Assembly (NCBI GenBank): GCA_038064655.1
Contig: JBBTSP010000001.1
Coordinates: 1-42,521, forward strand
Direction: 5' to 3'
Length of the DNA stretch: 42,521 nucleotides
DNA from: Patescibacteria group bacterium
GTDB lineage: Bacteria; Patescibacteriota; Microgenomatia; UBA1406; GWC2-37-13
Both the position numbers and the translations under genes were made by a program. Below, piece by piece: positions 38,764 to 42,521 of the stretch. The notes beneath the pieces were generated by a model. The model saw only the letters and a program-made list of their open reading frames with translations. It did not search any database and was not told the DNA's origin. Position 1 is the stretch's first letter, and each line of letters starts with the position of its first letter.

Positions 38764-40032
38764 ATGGAAAAGATAATCAATATTTACAAAAGAAACAGGA
38801 TTAAGTTTTTAATTTTTTTGAGTATCTTCGGGCCGGCGACGATCACCGCTATGGCTGATAATGATGCGGCTGGAGTGGCTACTTACGCAATTGCCGGATC
38901 ACACCTTGGTTACCCTATTCTTTTTGTACTATTTTGGGTGACAATACTACTGGCGATTACCCAGGAAATGGGAATGAGAGTGAGTTTGGTCACCCGCAAA
39001 GGACTGGGTGATTTAATCAGGGAATATCATGGCGTAGGTGTTTCTGTCCTTATTTTTTCTACCTTATTTATTGCCAATATGGGAGTTATTGTTGTCAACA
39101 TAGCAGCTTTTAAGACAACCGCTTTAATTTTAAATCTCCCAGCGATTCCTTTGATAATTTTTATGATTGGACTGATATTTTTATTTGTCATAAAAGGCAA
39201 CTATAAATTGACTCAGAATATCATGCTCTTTGCCTCTCTTTTTTATCTGGCCTATATTTTTTCTGCCTTCAAATCTAATCCGGACTGGAACTTAGCTTTT
39301 AAAAATTTGGCCTGGCCACAGGGAATAAATTTTACTTCTGAATATTGGAAAAATTATATTATCATCGGCCTTGGAGTACTGGGTACAACAATCACTCCCT
39401 GGGGACAGTTTTTTATCAGTAGTTTTGGCCTTGACAAAAAGATAAGCACGGCCAAACTAAAGTTTTCCCAGATAGAAACTTACTGGGGAGCTTTTTTAAC
39501 CGATTTTTTTTCATTTTTTATGATTGTGGCAACGGCGGCTACCCTTTTTGTCAACAAAATTCCTTTGATTGACGGTACTCAAGCGGCTTTAGCTATTGAG
39601 CCTTTTGCCGGTAAATTGGCCGCAGTTCTATTTGCTGTTGGAATAATGAACGCCGGATTTATGGGGGTAGTCATCGTTGGATTAACAACTACTTATGCTT
39701 TTTCCGAATTTTTCGGCTTAACCGGAAGTTTGGACGCCCCTTACAACAAAAGTAAGATATTTTATTCGGTCTTTATTGGTCAAGTATTGATCGCTTTTTT
39801 CATCGCGTTGCTACCCGTGGTAGATCTATTTAAAATAGTCGTCACCGTTCAGATCTTAAATGCAATGGCCCTGCCTCCGATATTTTATTTTCTGATAAAG
39901 TTTACTAACAATACCGAAATCATGGGTAAATATGTTAATAATCGATTTCAAAAATGGTTTGCAATCGGAGGGACAACCATTATTTTATTGGCTTCAATTT
40001 TTACCACTTTTTATACAATATTCGGAAATTAA
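38764..40032 (+). CDS. NRAMP/SLC11-related divalent metal transporter (NRMT-like)
   Basis: GPA...ADNDAAG.ATY, QEM..R, GLGDLIRE, GTTITPW, IMGKYVN. About 11 hydrophobic segments. Confidence 0.85.
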   Translation: MEKIINIYKRNRIKFLIFLSIFGPATITAMADNDAAGVATYAIAGSHLGYPILFVLFWVTILLAITQEMGMRVSLVTRKGLGDLIREYHGVGVSVLIFSTLFIANMGVIVVNIAAFKTTALILNLPAIPLIIFMIGLIFLFVIKGNYKLTQNIMLFASLFYLAYIFSAFKSNPDWNLAFKNLAWPQGINFTSEYWKNYIIIGLGVLGTTITPWGQFFISSFGLDKKISTAKLKFSQIETYWGAFLTDFFSFFMIVATAATLFVNKIPLIDGTQAALAIEPFAGKLAAVLFAVGIMNAGFMGVVIVGLTTTYAFSEFFGLTGSLDAPYNKSKIFYSVFIGQVLIAFFIALLPVVDLFKIVVTVQILNAMALPPIFYFLIKFTNNTEIMGKYVNNRFQKWFAIGGTTIILLASIFTTFYTIFGN

Positions 40033-40038
40033 CGATTT

Positions 40039-41013
40039 ATGTTTAAATACAAAAACGTCTATGTCACCGGCTCAATCGCTTACGATACGATCATGAATTT
40101 CCCAAGTGAGTTTCAAGATTACTTTCATCCGGAAAAGCTACACCAGATAAATGTATCGTTTGTGGTAAATAAACTTGAAAAACAGTTGGGAGGAACGGGA
40201 ACGAATATTGCATACAACATAAAACATGTAACATGTAACATGAAACATTTAAACGTGCATTTGTTTGGATCAATTGGGAAAGATGGAAAAGAGTTTATTA
40301 ATTTTTTTAGGAAAAATAAAATTGATGCGAGTGGAGTTATTGTTGATAAAGAATTATATACATCGGCAGGTTCGGTCATCACCGATATAAAAAATAATCA
40401 AATCTGGGGATTTTATTATGGTGCTTCGGAAAGAATTCCTTACATTGACTTTAAAAAATTAAATAAAAAAACCGATCTTTTTGTTATTTCCGCCAATCAT
40501 AAAAACTCCTTTTTATATTTTCAGCGCGAGGCGATCAAAAACAAAATTCCATATTTTTACGATCCAGGTATGACTTTGACCTGGATAACGGATAAGGACT
40601 TGAAACAGGGAGTTATGAATTGCCGATATTTGGTTGGCAATGATTACGAGATTGCGATGATTTTGAAACGATTAAATGTATCAATTAATCGATTAATCGA
40701 TACAGGGGTAATAGTAATTACGACGTTGGGGGAAGAAGGGGTGAAGTATGAAGAAAGATCTGTTGTAGGGAACAGGCATGCCTATTCCGTACTTGTAAAA
40801 GGATATAAGATAAAAAAAATGGTTGATCCGACGGGGGCGGGAGATGCTTTGAGAGGAGGGTTCGTTGCCGGTTTGTTAATGGGTTATTCAACAAAAAATT
40901 GTTTAAAATTAGGTAATGTTATGGCCAGTTTCGCGATTGAGAAATATGGAACAGTGAATCATCGGCCCACATTGGAAGAGATTAAAAAGAGAATGATGAA
41001 ATTAAAATCATAA
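40039..41013 (+). CDS. PfkB-family kinase, bacterial adenosine kinase-like
   Basis: TGSIAYDTIM, GGTGTNIAY, DPG, NDYE, TTLGEEG, DPTGAGDALRGG. Adjacent to ahcY. Confidence 0.8.
   Translation: MFKYKNVYVTGSIAYDTIMNFPSEFQDYFHPEKLHQINVSFVVNKLEKQLGGTGTNIAYNIKHVTCNMKHLNVHLFGSIGKDGKEFINFFRKNKIDASGVIVDKELYTSAGSVITDIKNNQIWGFYYGASERIPYIDFKKLNKKTDLFVISANHKNSFLYFQREAIKNKIPYFYDPGMTLTWITDKDLKQGVMNCRYLVGNDYEIAMILKRLNVSINRLIDTGVIVITTLGEEGVKYEERSVVGNRHAYSVLVKGYKIKKMVDPTGAGDALRGGFVAGLLMGYSTKNCLKLGNVMASFAIEKYGTVNHRPTLEEIKKRMMKLKS
40216..40250 (+). repeat. 7-nt tandem repeat inside the PfkB CDS
   Basis: AACATAA AACATGT AACATGT AACATGA AACATTT. Confidence 0.8.
40677..40704. repeat. 28-bp near-perfect palindrome inside the PfkB CDS
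   Basis: TGTATCAATTAATCGATTAATCGATACA, one mismatched pair. Confidence 0.75.
40765..40792 (+). repeat. GTAG-type REP-like palindrome inside the PfkB CDS
   Basis: GTAGGGAACAGGCATGCCTATTCCGTAC, two mismatched pairs, 5' GTAG. Confidence 0.7.
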
Positions 41014-41055
41014 AGCTCGATAACGTCGGGAGTTATCTTCGCTTTACTTTTTTTT
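41012..41055 (+). terminator. Possible intrinsic terminator after the PfkB gene
   Basis: AAAGC-tc-GATAAC-loop-GTTATC-ttc-GCTTT followed closely by a T8 run. Confidence 0.45.
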
Positions 41056-41081
41056 AATTTATTTGTTATAGTTTATAAATT

Positions 41082-42335
41082 ATGAAATACGACATCAAAG
41101 ATATTAGACTTGCTCCGCAGGGAAATCAATTAATTGATTGGGCCTACCTACAAATGCCGGTTTTGGATTTAATTAGAAAAAGATTTAAACGAGAGCAAAC
41201 TTTAAAAGGCGTAACTTTAGCCGCCTGTCTTCATGTTACGTCAGAAACGGCCAATTTAATGATTACCTTAAAAGAGGGTGGAGCGAAAGTATTTTTATGT
41301 GCGTCCAATCCCCTATCAACCAACGATGCCGTGGCCGCTTCTTTAGTCAAGGATTATTCAATTCCGGTTTTTGCCATAAAAGGAGAAGATAATAAAAGTT
41401 ATTATTTACACCTTAATGCCGTTCTTGATGAAAAACCAAATCTAACGATGGATGACGGGGCCGATTTAGTCAGTTTACTTCATAGCAAAAGAGTTAACCT
41501 GTTGAAAGGCGTTATTGGTTCGAGCGAGGAAACGACCACAGGAGTGATTCGTCTGCGGGCGATGGAAAAAGATAAGGCTTTAAAAATTCCTGTCTTGGCG
41601 GTCAATGATAATTTAACCAAGCATCTTTTTGATAATCGTTACGGTACAGGACAGTCCAGTATTGACGGAATTATCAGGGCAACCAATATTTTGTTGGCCG
41701 GAAAAAAATTTGTCGTCTGTGGATATGGTTGGTGCGGACGCGGAGTGGCAATGAGAGCTAAAGGCATGGGCAGCCAGGTGATTATTTGTGAAGTTGATCC
41801 GGTCAAGGCTCTTGAAGCCCTGATGGATGGATTTTTAGTGATGTCTCTAAGTCAAGCCATTAAACAGGCAGATATTGTTTTATCAACGACGGGAGATAAA
41901 CATGTAATTGATGAAGAACATTTGAAAATAGCAAAACCAGGTGTGATTTTGGCCAATGCCGGTCATTTTGATGTCGAAATAAATAAAAACGCTTTAAAGA
42001 AATTGGCGAAAAAAATTACTCGAGTGAGGCCTATGGTTGAAGAATTCGATTTGGGGAAAAAGAAAATTTACTTATTGGCGGAGGGGCGCTTAGTTAATCT
42101 GGCGGCGGCGGAAGGTCATCCGGCCTCGGTCATGGATATGAGTTTTGCCGGTCAGGCAATGGGGGCGGAATATCTTTGGATTAATCGCGGAAAATTAAAA
42201 AACAAAGTTTATTCATTGCCAAAAGAATTGGATAACGAAATTGCCCGCTTGAAATTAAATTCAGAAGGTGTTAAAATTGACAAATTAACAAAAGAACAAA
42301 AAAAATATTTAAATAGTTGGCAAGAAGGAACTTAA
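41082..42335 (+). CDS. ahcY: Adenosylhomocysteinase (SAH hydrolase)
   Basis: [71 protein letters not shown]. Confidence 0.97.
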   Translation: MKYDIKDIRLAPQGNQLIDWAYLQMPVLDLIRKRFKREQTLKGVTLAACLHVTSETANLMITLKEGGAKVFLCASNPLSTNDAVAASLVKDYSIPVFAIKGEDNKSYYLHLNAVLDEKPNLTMDDGADLVSLLHSKRVNLLKGVIGSSEETTTGVIRLRAMEKDKALKIPVLAVNDNLTKHLFDNRYGTGQSSIDGIIRATNILLAGKKFVVCGYGWCGRGVAMRAKGMGSQVIICEVDPVKALEALMDGFLVMSLSQAIKQADIVLSTTGDKHVIDEEHLKIAKPGVILANAGHFDVEINKNALKKLAKKITRVRPMVEEFDLGKKKIYLLAEGRLVNLAAAEGHPASVMDMSFAGQAMGAEYLWINRGKLKNKVYSLPKELDNEIARLKLNSEGVKIDKLTKEQKKYLNSWQEGT

Positions 42336-42426
42336 TTATCAAGAGTGATGGAGAGAGGTTTAGCTCGCTATGATCCATCCAGCAACCGTCCTGATTTAAT
42401 CGGGAACGGTGCTAAAACTAAGATAG
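42336..42426 (+). ncRNA. SAM-I clan riboswitch aptamer lacking P4
   Basis: TTATCAAGAG, P2 GATGG/CCATC, GAG-GTTTAG-CTC, P3 AGCAACCGT...ACGGTGCT, pseudoknot TTAG/CTAA, P1 3' strand GATAG. Confidence 0.85.
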
Positions 42427-42449
42427 ATATGCTCGACAGAGAAATTTAT

Positions 42450-42474
42450 AACCTGCTGTTGAGCAGGTTTTTTT
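42450..42474 (+). terminator. Intrinsic terminator (probable riboswitch expression platform)
   Basis: AACCTGCT-GTTG-AGCAGGTT perfect 8-bp stem followed by a T run. Confidence 0.85.
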
Positions 42475-42521
42475 GTAATATGACTCAGCAACGTTAATTT
42501 TTCAGAAAACCAACAAAACTG

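Noticed and set aside
75-40382. Short alternative-frame or antisense ORFs (e.g. 75-347, 1163-1507, 10566-10808, 10892-11203, 27716-27976, 40125-40382)
   Set aside because: They lie almost wholly within confidently assigned genes and have no recognisable motifs.
41014-41081. SAH riboswitch upstream of ahcY
   Set aside because: No SAH-motif consensus seen. The region is a simple hairpin plus T run and a -10-like box.
42348-42497. 49-aa ORF with chorismate-mutase-like IDMLDREIYNLLLSR
   Set aside because: It overlaps the riboswitch and terminator, which explain the sequence better, and it is too short.

Overview
AT-rich bacterial window. The style suggests a Patescibacteria/CPR (Microgenomates-like) genome, but this is inference only. 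About 38 kb is a surface-glycan biosynthesis locus. It encodes CDP-3,6-dideoxy-4-ketohexose core enzymes (rfbF partial, rfbG, rfbH/E1) and two YerE-like ThDP enzymes, each next to its own apparent 2-oxo-acid supply: a divergent NeuB-type synthase plus HAD hydrolase for one, and a DmpF/DmpG acetaldehyde dehydrogenase/aldolase pair for the other. It also holds SDR reductases, three methyltransferases, three polyprenyl-phosphate GT2s, an O-acyltransferase, five tandem GT-C-like membrane proteins in A-B-A-B-A order, an RmlC/DegT module and Wzt/Wzm. Two opposite-strand cassettes (an AAA+/DUF4143 gene, and an AbiE pair with a hicB/hicA remnant) sit at the 3' ends of rfbG and rfbH, each followed by an orphaned second copy of that gene's tail. 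The window ends with an NRAMP-related transporter, an adenosine kinase-like PfkB gene carrying three repeat-like segments, ahcY, and a P4-less SAM-I-type riboswitch with a terminator. Several transcription units look leaderless.
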